Shown: piece by piece, positions 47,689-57,360 of the stretch
Position numbering within the stretch: position 1 is the first letter of the stretch
How the letters are laid out: each line of letters begins with the position of its first letter
Virus record (IMG/VR): IMGVR_UViG_3300031998_000008
Location: 64,001-128,000 of that record
DNA from: a virus
Taxonomy: Duplodnaviria > Caudoviricetes
Reading direction: 5' to 3' (one strand)
Length of the DNA: 64,000 nt
Made by a program: the position numbers and the translations under genes
Notes under the pieces: model-generated
Seen by the model: only the letters and a program-made list of their open reading frames with translations
Databases searched by the model: none
What the model was told of the DNA's origin: nothing

Positions 47689-49341
47689 TTATTCATAACG
47701 TTCAGTAACATCACTTACTATTTCAAACGATAACACATTTTCAAAGAATCGTGTTTCCCTACCATCACTTACCTTAATATCTATGTGATATTTGTGTGGT
47801 ATGAAGTCTTGTGTGTGTATTTTGAAGAAGTTATTCAAAAACCCCTTTTCTATCTTTGTATATGGGATAATTTCAATTTGTCTTGGGCCATCATATACAT
47901 ATATTCTGTATTCACAGCTTGAAATAAGCATTCTTTTGTCTGTTGAGTACTTTTCTCTAAAATCAACAACAACTTCACGTTCTTGGCCACGTTTAAGCCT
48001 TTCGTTGTCATTAATTCCGTATAAAGAAGGAACTAATGAGTTCTTTGAATATGAGTTTTCACCAATCATTAGTTTGTTTGATAATGGCTTTGTTGAAAAT
48101 TCCAATTCAACGTCATCGTTTTTAACGCCATTTAAAGCGATTTTAGACCATTTATCATAATAGATAGCACCAACTTCCATTTCAGATGTTAAATTGCCTA
48201 CAGAGGCACGATAAACGCCTTTTGTGACCTGTTTAACGTTAACTTCACTTCCGTTTATAGTGCATTTTGGGGTTTTGTCAAGGTTTGTTGGTGTTCCGTC
48301 ATCAAAAACATACAAATATAGGTTATTGTTTTTTCCGAGTGTGAATGATTCTCTATCATCCATGATATATTCGTCATAATTTGCTTCGATATACGGGTGG
48401 AAGAATGTATTTGTGTTATCAGTGAAGAATCCAACATAAAATTCTTGAATATAAGAACCTATTTTCTCTGTTTCTGGAACAAATGCAAGGCATAATCCGT
48501 AATTGTCAATGCATTTCTTCTCATAATCTTCAAGAGTTTCATCCATTTCGTCACGTAATTCATCCATGACATATTTTGTTATGTCAATTGAAAGGTTTTC
48601 ACTTCCGAAATCGAAATGTTGTGTGCCTATAATGATTGATTCTTCACCATTCAAATATTTTTCATATTCTTCTGCCAATGTTTCATTTGAATACACACCG
48701 CCATGTAATGCTTCGTTGTTTAATGAATATGAATCGGCCATTTCAATAAGGTCTTTCTTTGCCTTTTCCCAATCTTTATCATCTGAATAGTCGCTTGCTA
48801 TATTGTATATTTCCTGTGATATTTCATCTGACCTTTTTCTGTCATAATATCTTTTCTTTCTGATATTCAATGGTTTTGTATCAAGGTTAAATTTATCTTT
48901 TTCATATTTCCATGGGATAAATTTTTTTGAGAAGTACCAGTTTGAGCCATCTTCTGCATATGCAAGCCTGTTTTGGATGTAGAAATCGTTTTTATAGTCG
49001 AATCCACGTCCTGCATCAAAATCCATTGGCAATTTGAATAGCATTAAATCAAATGAAGATGCTCTTTCAAATTCAAAATCAGGTGAGATGTGTATTGGCT
49101 TGTCGTATGGAACTGTGTCAACTGAAAAACAATTTGTCATCTTGAGCGTGAAAGTTAATTTACTTGGGTCGGCAAACGTTTTGTCGTTTATCAAGTTTTT
49201 AATCTCTGAAATGTCAAAATGAAGCAAACCTCTCATCAAAAATTGTCCATACCCAACACCTAAAATTGGATTTAAACCCAAATTTTGGAGTGAATTTTCC
49301 AATATTGTATTAGTTTTGTCTAAGAAAAAATGTCTAATCAT
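47689..49341 (-). CDS. putative virion structural protein (DNRLRE-like beta domain)
   Basis: N.G..., R.LL.FD, IDIT..V, NYG..L, P.IE..Y pattern; late motif. Confidence 0.55.
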   Translation of the reverse strand: MIRHFFLDKTNTILENSLQNLGLNPILGVGYGQFLMRGLLHFDISEIKNLINDKTFADPSKLTFTLKMTNCFSVDTVPYDKPIHISPDFEFERASSFDLMLFKLPMDFDAGRGFDYKNDFYIQNRLAYAEDGSNWYFSKKFIPWKYEKDKFNLDTKPLNIRKKRYYDRKRSDEISQEIYNIASDYSDDKDWEKAKKDLIEMADSYSLNNEALHGGVYSNETLAEEYEKYLNGEESIIIGTQHFDFGSENLSIDITKYVMDELRDEMDETLEDYEKKCIDNYGLCLAFVPETEKIGSYIQEFYVGFFTDNTNTFFHPYIEANYDEYIMDDRESFTLGKNNNLYLYVFDDGTPTNLDKTPKCTINGSEVNVKQVTKGVYRASVGNLTSEMEVGAIYYDKWSKIALNGVKNDDVELEFSTKPLSNKLMIGENSYSKNSLVPSLYGINDNERLKRGQEREVVVDFREKYSTDKRMLISSCEYRIYVYDGPRQIEIIPYTKIEKGFLNNFFKIHTQDFIPHKYHIDIKVSDGRETRFFENVLSFEIVSDVTERYE

Positions 49342-49361
49342 TTCAGTAATATTTCTTTATG

Positions 49362-49369
49362 ATAAATAG
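49362..49369 (-). promoter_or_regulatory. putative late promoter CTATTTAT
   Basis: Octamer upstream of 49341. Confidence 0.7.
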
Positions 49370-49423
49370 TACAAATGGACGAATATTTTTTCTTCAAAAA
49401 TTGGTAAAATAAGTATAGAAAGA

Positions 49424-49431
49424 CTATTTAT
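49424..49431 (+). promoter_or_regulatory. putative late promoter CTATTTAT driving a non-coding transcript
   Basis: Octamer followed by structured non-coding segment. Confidence 0.6.
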
Positions 49432-49437
49432 AGTAAA

Positions 49438-49549
49438 AGAAGATTGGGAAATATGTTAATGGATTGAAATACTGGCACTGCCCAAATCTCCTATGGAGGT
49501 CACAAGGTTAGCCATAAAAGGAGCCCATGCGCAGGACTCCTATTTTTTT
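49438..49549 (+). ncRNA. candidate ~110-nt structured small RNA
   Basis: GC-richer island between late motif and AGGAG/CTCCT hairpin + T7; three stems; only 4-codon and ~23-codon ATG frames. Confidence 0.55.
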
Positions 49550-49600
49550 CCACGGATTTGACTTTTTTTTAAAAAATATTATATTTTTTAAAAACTAAAA

Positions 49601-50047
49601 ATGAAGAAGATAAAAAGCGAATCCAAATTTCAAGACGAAAGTTTCAAAATTAAGATAGGGACCATGGATAAAAAGAATCCAGAGGTCATTTATATTGAAT
49701 TGGGGTCATACATATCTCCAATTGAAGAAAAGAAATCATACAAGCCTAATATTTCAAACATAGAAAGGGAAACAAAGTCGGTTGTTAGTGCGATTCTTCA
49801 AGAAAGCGGGTTATGTAAGAGTGATTTCATTTTTGTTTCCGATATAGCAGATGAACGAATTGCAAAGGATAAAAAATCATACTTGGAAATGCAATTGTTT
49901 GTCAAACCGTTAGATTCCGTCAGGGAATCCGGAAAGTTCTCAGAACTTAGCGAAAAATTCAATGAAGAGTGCGTTTCAAAGATAGTTCCATGTGTAAAAC
50001 AATACATTACAGAGAATGGCTTTGAATACTATAAATCAAGAAAGTAA
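49601..50047 (+). CDS. hypothetical protein
   Basis: 148 aa ORF with own early-type promoter candidate. Confidence 0.7.
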   Translation: MKKIKSESKFQDESFKIKIGTMDKKNPEVIYIELGSYISPIEEKKSYKPNISNIERETKSVVSAILQESGLCKSDFIFVSDIADERIAKDKKSYLEMQLFVKPLDSVRESGKFSELSEKFNEECVSKIVPCVKQYITENGFEYYKSRK

Positions 50048-50048
50048 A

Positions 50049-50056
50049 CTATTTAT
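50049..50056 (+). promoter_or_regulatory. putative late promoter CTATTTAT
   Basis: Octamer upstream of 50072. Confidence 0.7.
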
Positions 50057-50071
50057 AGGAAAAACTATAAA

Positions 50072-50461
50072 ATGCAAGAATTTTACATAAGACAATATTC
50101 CGTTAATCCTGTTTTGGAAATGGAATTGATAAACGATGGAAGATATGATTTCCAAAAATCATTGATAAACGAGGCATTGCAAGATAGTGTTGTAACATTT
50201 AGCATGAAAGATGAAGAAACTGGCTTGCTAAAGGTTGCAAAGGCTGAGGCTAATATAGTTCTTGCAAACGATGAGACTTGTAATGAAAAATATATACTTC
50301 AATACAAATGGAAAGAACGTGATGTCGCCAAAAAGGGTGTATTCAATGGTTGGTTTGAGATAAATTTCAACGGTGATTTGACAAATGGCGATGGTACTGT
50401 ATATCCTGAAGGAAATTTGATAGTTCCTGTTGAAGAAGAATTAAGAATATTTGTAAAATGA
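50072..50461 (+). CDS. BppU-like Ig-fold virion protein
   Basis: FYI.Q....P.L.M.L, V.F.M, Y.W...D....G.F.G.F.I. Confidence 0.65.
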   Translation: MQEFYIRQYSVNPVLEMELINDGRYDFQKSLINEALQDSVVTFSMKDEETGLLKVAKAEANIVLANDETCNEKYILQYKWKERDVAKKGVFNGWFEINFNGDLTNGDGTVYPEGNLIVPVEEELRIFVK

Positions 50462-51426
50462 GTAAAATAATAGATAATACATTGGTCATGTCACAAGAAG
50501 AAACCTTTAATGAAATGACAAAGTTTCTTTCTGAAAATCAAGCGCCTGATGTTGATAGAAAATTGATTAAAGAGCAAATTGATAACATAATAAATGAGGA
50601 ATTGGGAATTGCTGATGAGGTTCTTAAACTTAGCGATTTAATAGAAAAGAAAATATACCAATTACTTAATAATGGTACGTGGGAAGGGGTTTTCAATGTT
50701 AAAACAGACTTGTCAGAAGTAAATGTTGATTTTGCGTACAATGATTTTGCAACAACAAGTGACGCTATTATGTGGATTAAATATAATAGGGGAAATGATG
50801 GCTATTCATATAAAACAAATACAATATATATAACGTTAGTTTCAGTTAACGGGTATATGAATGACTATGATTTGGCTGATACAATTCAACATGAATGCAC
50901 ACATTATTGGGAGTTGAAGAATCGTGGTGAAGATACATATAATTCTGTATATGAAAAAGTTGTACAAGGTGTTAATAGTAGAAATCCTGTTCTTGAACTT
51001 ATGTGTTCCATTCTATATTATTCAAACAAGAGTGAACTTAATGCTTTTGTGAATGGTACTTATGCAAGTGCCATGAAAAAGAAGACAAAGTATGAAAGTT
51101 ACAATGAATTTATAGCCGACAATCAAGTAAATGATATTTATGAAGTTCTTAAAGATGCAAAATCATTAATTGAAGAGAAAAATCAACCACTTATTTTCTC
51201 AGCATCTTTTTGGATTGTCAGTAATGGAATACTTAATTGTGAAATAGATGATGTTCCAAACAAAATAATTAAAATTGCAAATAATAGTTTTAATTATCTA
51301 ATGAAGAAGATAGGACGTGCTTATGCATTCTATTGTAAAAAACTTGAAGAGTATGAGGAACAGATGATGCACCAACGAATTAAGAATATATTTAGAAAAT
51401 GTGGAATAAAAAATGGCGATGTTTAA
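50458..51426 (+). CDS. putative zinc metallopeptidase-motif head protein
   Basis: HECTH with downstream ELNAF; N-terminal LSE/LIKE/IINEE sites. Confidence 0.55.
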   Translation: MSKIIDNTLVMSQEETFNEMTKFLSENQAPDVDRKLIKEQIDNIINEELGIADEVLKLSDLIEKKIYQLLNNGTWEGVFNVKTDLSEVNVDFAYNDFATTSDAIMWIKYNRGNDGYSYKTNTIYITLVSVNGYMNDYDLADTIQHECTHYWELKNRGEDTYNSVYEKVVQGVNSRNPVLELMCSILYYSNKSELNAFVNGTYASAMKKKTKYESYNEFIADNQVNDIYEVLKDAKSLIEEKNQPLIFSASFWIVSNGILNCEIDDVPNKIIKIANNSFNYLMKKIGRAYAFYCKKLEEYEEQMMHQRIKNIFRKCGIKNGDV

Positions 51427-51440
51427 GCACCGCCATTTTT
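51408..51440. terminator. bidirectional terminator over convergent stops
   Basis: AAAAATGGCG...CGCCATTTTT. Confidence 0.65.
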
Positions 51441-51728
51441 ATTTGCTATTTTTGAAAATTCGCTTGAAAATTCAGCTCTCATGTCTTTGTTTTTGTAGAG
51501 TTCCATGATTTTTCTACAACATTCCATTATAATGCTTCCGACTCCACGAATACTTATGTTTTGGTATTCTTTACCTATATTTAATTTTGCACCAAAATTG
51601 TACAATTTCATAACTACTGTTTCCAAGCTACTACCATCTTCAAAACCTTCGCTGATAACTCGTTTTGTCGCTTCAGTTACCAAATATTGTAAATCTTGTT
51701 CCGTTAATGTCATTTTTTCGTTTTTCAT
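51423..51728 (-). CDS. small protein with LTExQL tag
   Basis: MTLTEQDLQYLVTEATKRVISEG. Confidence 0.7.
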   Translation of the reverse strand: MKNEKMTLTEQDLQYLVTEATKRVISEGFEDGSSLETVVMKLYNFGAKLNIGKEYQNISIRGVGSIIMECCRKIMELYKNKDMRAEFSSEFSKIANKNGGA

Positions 51729-52456
51729 TGGTTTAATATTGGGTACATTCTTATTATTCTATTCATTATGCTCCTAACTTGTGATTCATAGTTTTCACGT
51801 TTAGCATATCTGTGGCCGTTCATGTTTACAAATGACTTAGGACTTAATAAATCATCCAAAGTTTTTGTGTTGTTTTGTAAGTAATCATTTTTGATTAGAT
51901 TTATAAATGGTACTATACTTTCATCTGGATTTGAATATGTGCAAACATTTTTACCATTATCATATGAGCCAACTGAAAATACACTGTTTGTTCTTTTTGC
52001 TCTTGGTGTTTGTCCAAAGCATGATTCCAAATTTGCGATTGCCATTGTAAATGCAAGATTGAAATTGTTTTCTTCGCAAGCAGTAACCAATGCCTCAGGC
52101 GTTAAATCTGTTGTTGACCAATCATATCCTTGGTTTTTCATTGCCCATTCCATATAATCTTTACATGCTTGTACTTTTTGGTCATGTATTGTATCTTCCT
52201 GTGGCATTGTATCTTCCGATGCTTCTGTTTGTACCATTTGCTTTAATTCGTTTTTCTCATTATTACTAATATCCAATCGTGCAACCGCACTTAAAATTGC
52301 TGCAACGGTTACACCTGCAAGCAAAGCCTTTTTTATTTTAGACTTTAGAACTTGCATATTTATGGATTCATTTAGTTCACAAAGAAGCAAATCCTCATAT
52401 TGTTCATGTATAAGGATTTGTTTTAATTGTGATTCTGTGAGAACGACTTTTTTCAT
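51725..52456 (-). CDS. glucosaminidase/lysozyme-like peptidoglycan hydrolase with LTExQL tag
   Basis: MAIANLESCFG, N.VF.VG, RYA....YE GH73-like motifs; N-terminal VLTESQLKQI. Confidence 0.7.
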   Translation of the reverse strand: MKKVVLTESQLKQILIHEQYEDLLLCELNESINMQVLKSKIKKALLAGVTVAAILSAVARLDISNNEKNELKQMVQTEASEDTMPQEDTIHDQKVQACKDYMEWAMKNQGYDWSTTDLTPEALVTACEENNFNLAFTMAIANLESCFGQTPRAKRTNSVFSVGSYDNGKNVCTYSNPDESIVPFINLIKNDYLQNNTKTLDDLLSPKSFVNMNGHRYAKRENYESQVRSIMNRIIRMYPILNQ

Positions 52457-53361
52457 TACTCAAATATATTTGAAAGTTCTATCAAGTTGCAAATATCCTC
52501 ACCGATTGTATCCAATGAGAATTTCTTGTTATTTACTTGTTCAAGTACTGATGATAATCTTTGGCTTGAATTTTTGTCACCTTTTTCGTCAAAATTGGTT
52601 TTTGCTTTAGAAATGCTTTCAGCACATAATGATTTATATTTGTTGAATATTTCTTCTCTGTTTTCGCTTGATGCTATTTCTTTAAGAACCCTTGCCTCTT
52701 CTTCGTTTAGTGAATCTGAGTATTTTTTATTGAATTCATTTAAAAGTTCATTTGCCAATTCATCAAGATTCTTTGCCTCGAAAATATTTTCAGCGTTTTC
52801 ATTGTTTTCGATGCTTTCTCTAATGATTTTAACAGCATCGCTGTATTCTGACATGTTATTCAATGAATATTTGTTTTCAACAATGTAGTCAATTGCTGAG
52901 TACAACTTTTTGTTTTCATTCGGAACTAATTCATTTGCTTTTTCTCCAACTGTCAAATAACCTTCAGCCAATACCATACCAAGAGACTTAACGTCTTCTT
53001 TTAGTGTTGCTTTGTTGATATTAAGGTCCTTTTCTGAAAGTTTGTTTATGAAGAAATTAACGTCAGTGTTCTTACCTGATTTTCTAATTCCCTCACAAAT
53101 AGTCTGCATTGTTGAAAGGTTCTTGTTTGAATTAACCAATGAAATATATTTGTTCAATATTCCTTTTCCTTCACGTGTCTTGAAAAGTTCAGGTGATAAT
53201 GACTCAAAGCATTCTTTGATATAGCCAAAACTCTTGTTTGACAAATCATCAGCCTTTGCGACCAATTTTATGAATTTAATCCTTGAATTGCATTCTTCAT
53301 TTAATTTGGCCCTATAGTCTTCTACTTCTTTGATTGTATTAAAAGATTTTATTTTGTCCAT
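52456..53361 (-). CDS. helical acidic late protein downstream of portal (prohead core/scaffold-like)
   Basis: 301 aa, E/K/N-rich; position and late motif. Confidence 0.55.
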   Translation of the reverse strand: MDKIKSFNTIKEVEDYRAKLNEECNSRIKFIKLVAKADDLSNKSFGYIKECFESLSPELFKTREGKGILNKYISLVNSNKNLSTMQTICEGIRKSGKNTDVNFFINKLSEKDLNINKATLKEDVKSLGMVLAEGYLTVGEKANELVPNENKKLYSAIDYIVENKYSLNNMSEYSDAVKIIRESIENNENAENIFEAKNLDELANELLNEFNKKYSDSLNEEEARVLKEIASSENREEIFNKYKSLCAESISKAKTNFDEKGDKNSSQRLSSVLEQVNNKKFSLDTIGEDICNLIELSNIFE

Positions 53362-53375
53362 TTTTAATTTTTCTT

Positions 53376-53383
53376 ATAAATAG
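53376..53383 (-). promoter_or_regulatory. putative late promoter CTATTTAT
   Basis: Octamer upstream of 53361. Confidence 0.7.
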
Positions 53384-53389
53384 TTTATT

Positions 53390-55540
53390 TTAATCATTAA
53401 TTGTATCACCTGAGATACCATTTAAGTCGGAAATTGCTTCATTGATTAAAGTCTCACGATTTAATTCATCCTCATCAATCAATGTATCAATTTTATCACA
53501 AATATTTTTGATATTTTCTTGCAATGTTGCGTTCTTTATGTCGTAATCAATTACTTCTTCAACTCCATCGTTTTGCTTTTGGTTTTCTGAAAGCAAATCC
53601 ATGTATTCTTCAAATGATGATTTACGGCCTTTAGGGTATGCAATTTCTGCAAGCATATCAAAGTATTTGCTTGTAAATGTCTTTGCTATTCCTGATTTTC
53701 CATTTTCTCTTAAAATTTTCTTGTTAATTCTACGTGATTCCATCGGCATACCACTATCTGCATCAGGTGCTCCACCCATATCGGTTTCACCTGCTTCTCC
53801 ATTCATATCACCTTCCATGTCGGCTCCTGGTTCTCCAATATCCAATCCTTCATCACCCATATCACCGCCAATTGGTGCTCCGCCGAGGCCACCGCCTCCG
53901 CCACCCATTCCATCATCTTCTCCTTGTTGTGGCTGTTGTTGATTTGGATTGTGCATTGCGGCATAATCTCCGTAGATTCTATCTGTTATATCAAACATTC
54001 CTGTGTGCTTAATGATATTTGCTGTTGCTGCAAGTTCAGCAGCCATTGCTTTTTCAAGCCTTATTTCATTAAACATATCTTTGATTTCCGAATCGCTCAT
54101 CTTCATAATTTTCTTCAATGCTCTGTGCATTGACATCATAGGCATACCTGTTCCTGGGTCTGCAAGTGCTGTTTGCATTGCTGTTAAACGTTTTTGAAGG
54201 TCATCAAGTTCTTGCGATTCGATAAGAGTTGTAGGACTGTTCAATGTAAGCGAAAAATTGCCAATTTCATCTGCAAGGCCCATAATATACAAGTGAATCA
54301 TAGCAATCTTGTTAAGTTCCATCAACAAGAATTGTTGTATTCTATTAATCATTCTTGCAAATCTAATATCCATGAATGAAAGATTTTGTCCTTTACCTTG
54401 TGCTTCTTGGAAATTCAAGAAAGTCTTAGGGACTCTCATTGCAGCAAAAATCTTGTTTTGCATGTATTCAATATCTTCCATTTGGACTTGGCTATTAGCC
54501 GCTTGAAGAGTTTCGATTGGGTTTGGCGCATCTTCCCTTCTAACAGGGATGAAGTAGTCACTTGAAACATCCAAGAAATTCTTTCTCAAATCAACCTGGC
54601 CAGTCATTGGGTCAATGATTTGTGTTCTTTTGAAGTTGTTTGCAATCTCATTGATATATGCAGGAACGTCAGCATCATCAATAGCACCAACATAAACCTT
54701 ATAAACACGTCTCTCAATTGCTTTATCCAATCTCCAAATAAGCATTGCATCTTCCATCATTGACCACATTCTCCATGCTCTACGTGCTTTATGCAACATT
54801 GAAACACCATAAGGTAAGAAGAATGAGTCGTTTAACAATCTGAAGTGTGCAACCTGCCAATTAAAGTATGGATTATCTCCGTTGTGTCCTTTCCATACGA
54901 ACCTAATGTCATCAGGCTTAATTTCACTTGTTTGCTGAACAACTGTTTGTGTATATGTTGAGCCATATCCATTTTCTTCACGGTCAACTTCGTAAACAGG
55001 CATCATCATCCAACCCATGACACCGTTTGATTTGTCAATGTTCAATAACATGAATGTATTTCCATATTTTGTAACATGACGTGCAATCATGGGCAATTCT
55101 GTATAAATATGAAGCCTATTCACAAACAAATCTTCCAATATTGATTTTGTCCTTTGTGATTTTGAATATATATTAAGCATCATACCCTCTGAATTAATTG
55201 GGCATGCTTCCTCAGATATAATATCCAATGCAGAACCAATTTCACAAGTTCCATCCATTAAATCAGCATCACGGTACATCAATTTAACAGCGTTGTAACC
55301 CGCCAAACTTTCCATGGCGTTGTCAGCACCTGCTTTTTTCCATTGATATGCCAAATACTTTTGCTGCTTGAAAGTTTCTAACTTTCTTTCATATTCAGCC
55401 CTGTCGTTTGTGCTGAAAAGAACTTCGTTTCTTTCTTCATAGTTCTTTGATGTCACAACTGACTGAGGAACTTGGTTATTTGAAGGGCCCCTGAACACGT
55501 CAGTAAGCCTTTGAAATATAGTTTGATTGTTATTTGCCAT
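53390..55540 (-). CDS. gp20: portal protein (T4 gp20-like)
   Basis: MMEDAMLIWR...ERRVYKV.VG, DYFIP.R, IETL, EDIEY...K.F.A..VP, RFAR.I.R.Q. Confidence 0.95.
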   Translation of the reverse strand: MANNNQTIFQRLTDVFRGPSNNQVPQSVVTSKNYEERNEVLFSTNDRAEYERKLETFKQQKYLAYQWKKAGADNAMESLAGYNAVKLMYRDADLMDGTCEIGSALDIISEEACPINSEGMMLNIYSKSQRTKSILEDLFVNRLHIYTELPMIARHVTKYGNTFMLLNIDKSNGVMGWMMMPVYEVDREENGYGSTYTQTVVQQTSEIKPDDIRFVWKGHNGDNPYFNWQVAHFRLLNDSFFLPYGVSMLHKARRAWRMWSMMEDAMLIWRLDKAIERRVYKVYVGAIDDADVPAYINEIANNFKRTQIIDPMTGQVDLRKNFLDVSSDYFIPVRREDAPNPIETLQAANSQVQMEDIEYMQNKIFAAMRVPKTFLNFQEAQGKGQNLSFMDIRFARMINRIQQFLLMELNKIAMIHLYIMGLADEIGNFSLTLNSPTTLIESQELDDLQKRLTAMQTALADPGTGMPMMSMHRALKKIMKMSDSEIKDMFNEIRLEKAMAAELAATANIIKHTGMFDITDRIYGDYAAMHNPNQQQPQQGEDDGMGGGGGGLGGAPIGGDMGDEGLDIGEPGADMEGDMNGEAGETDMGGAPDADSGMPMESRRINKKILRENGKSGIAKTFTSKYFDMLAEIAYPKGRKSSFEEYMDLLSENQKQNDGVEEVIDYDIKNATLQENIKNICDKIDTLIDEDELNRETLINEAISDLNGISGDTIND

Positions 55541-55578
55541 ATATATTGTTAATTATTAATTAATATAAGTTTATTTCA

Positions 55579-56676
55579 TTATAAGTAAACATTCTTTAAG
55601 TCATCAAAATTTGATACTCCGAACTTTTTAAGCACATATGCACCTAATTCCATTATTTTTGTTGAATCATTGTCATCTGGATATTCAATTGAATTTAATT
55701 TTCTTATTGGTGCGTTTGTTGTTGATGTTAATAACTCACAGCTTTCTTGAAAACTTGTCCCGTAAGAATGTCTAATTTGATTTATTAAATCACCTTTATA
55801 TTGTTCAAGGCCAAATTGTTTTAAAACACTTGAAATTGTATCAAATGCTTCTTTATCTTTCTTGTAAATCTTTCCGTGTGTTAAAATATTAAATAAATGC
55901 TCTAATATCGTGACATATGTGTTTGTTTTTCTGAATCCATTAAGAACTTTATATCTTTCTGAATTTGTATAACTATTGTCAATGTACGGCTGTGAACCGC
56001 TATTATATTCATTTTCAATTTCAGCGTTTATGTTCTTTTCTGACATTGAGTTAAACGCATTTAAGTCGTTATACACAAATACGTTTATCTTTAAGCGCCT
56101 ACCTAACATGTAAATCGTTGTGGCCATTTCTCTTTCACGTTCAATTGTGCTTTCTCTTGAAGAATCCAAGTAAACATCAATTCGTGTTATATATTTATTA
56201 GCATTTTTGATTACTGGCTTGTATGAAAACACCCTATCTTCCATTTCGAAATCCTGATGTTCTCTTCTTGATGTTGTAAATCCTTTTCCAAACACATCAT
56301 TATATTCAGGGTCATAGTATTTTTGCTTATATTGCCAATAATCCATTGGTTTTCCTTTGTAATTATGTCCTAATGCATCACCATCTAATTGTATTCTTAC
56401 GCAACTTCCAAATTTTCTTGCATATGATATGCTTTTACTTCTACTTCTTTGCGTTGATAAATAAAAAAATCGTTTGTTATCTTGTGCATCTGCTTTATTT
56501 GATGACATTGTTAGGTGAAATTCATTCTTCCCTAATATCTTTACACAAGAATCCAATGAAGCAAAATGATACGTAAGTTTACTCATGCTTTCTGAAATGA
56601 TTTTTTTGACACATTCAGAAACCATTTGTTTTATTTCGGAAATACCTAATTTATATGTGTTATTTTGTTCTATCAT
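55579..56676 (-). CDS. tagged putative head protein with ADP-ribosyltransferase-like motifs
   Basis: LGISEIKQMVSECVKKIISES then TYHF, YLSTQRS, EMEDR. Confidence 0.5.
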   Translation of the reverse strand: MIEQNNTYKLGISEIKQMVSECVKKIISESMSKLTYHFASLDSCVKILGKNEFHLTMSSNKADAQDNKRFFYLSTQRSRSKSISYARKFGSCVRIQLDGDALGHNYKGKPMDYWQYKQKYYDPEYNDVFGKGFTTSRREHQDFEMEDRVFSYKPVIKNANKYITRIDVYLDSSRESTIEREREMATTIYMLGRRLKINVFVYNDLNAFNSMSEKNINAEIENEYNSGSQPYIDNSYTNSERYKVLNGFRKTNTYVTILEHLFNILTHGKIYKKDKEAFDTISSVLKQFGLEQYKGDLINQIRHSYGTSFQESCELLTSTTNAPIRKLNSIEYPDDNDSTKIMELGAYVLKKFGVSNFDDLKNVYL

Positions 56677-56699
56677 TCTTATAGTACATTAATCCACTT

Positions 56700-56707
56700 A
56701 TAAATAG
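56700..56707 (-). promoter_or_regulatory. putative late promoter CTATTTAT
   Basis: Octamer upstream of 56676/portal operon. Confidence 0.7.
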
Positions 56708-56769
56708 TTTGTTGCTTTCATTTGATTATTAATTAAAATTTTTGTATATATATATGTAAAAAGCAGATT

Positions 56770-57018
56770 ATGGAAACATTTGAAGAAAGAGTTGAAAGAT
56801 ACATGAAATGTGACAAAAGAACGCTTGCAGAATTGCTTGCGATGAAGGAATTGGTTGGTGAAAATAAGCCACAAATTCCTTATATTGATGATTTGAGGCC
56901 AATTGGACCTTATTATGATAATCAGTTAGACCCAAATGTTGTAAGGCCATCTAAAACCGCTCCGTTTACATTTCCACCAAATTACGGGGATTGGGTTGTA
57001 ACTTGCTCAACAAATTAA
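56770..57018 (+). CDS. hypothetical protein
   Basis: 82 aa ORF. Confidence 0.65.
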   Translation: METFEERVERYMKCDKRTLAELLAMKELVGENKPQIPYIDDLRPIGPYYDNQLDPNVVRPSKTAPFTFPPNYGDWVVTCSTN

Positions 57019-57027
57019 AATTGAATT

Positions 57028-57360
57028 ATGAAATTGTTTAGAAGAAAAAAGAAAATCAAGCCGCTTAATTTCAGTGTATTAAACGCATATCGTTGCGAAG
57101 CTTTATCAAGGCTTCGATTTTTTGGAAGATGGAGTGGATATTGGGAAACTACAATAGATGAAGTTAGATATAGAAGTGAAATTGTGAGTGGATTTAAATA
57201 CATTAGTGGTGATTATGGAAATTTTATAAGGGATTCTATATTGGATAGGGTTAGACTTCGTAAAGACAAGAAAAACAAAGAAATAATATCCAATATGATT
57301 AGGTATGGAAATGAGCGTTTCGTTGATAACGAAGGAAATGCTGAATGGTGGAATTTTTAA
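57028..57360 (+). CDS. hypothetical protein
   Basis: 110 aa ORF ending at terminator. Confidence 0.6.
   Translation: MKLFRRKKKIKPLNFSVLNAYRCEALSRLRFFGRWSGYWETTIDEVRYRSEIVSGFKYISGDYGNFIRDSILDRVRLRKDKKNKEIISNMIRYGNERFVDNEGNAEWWNF

Noticed and set aside
49438-49549. tRNA or known self-cleaving ribozyme
   Set aside because: No TTCGA T-loop or cloverleaf and no hammerhead CUGANGA core; kept as unknown ncRNA.
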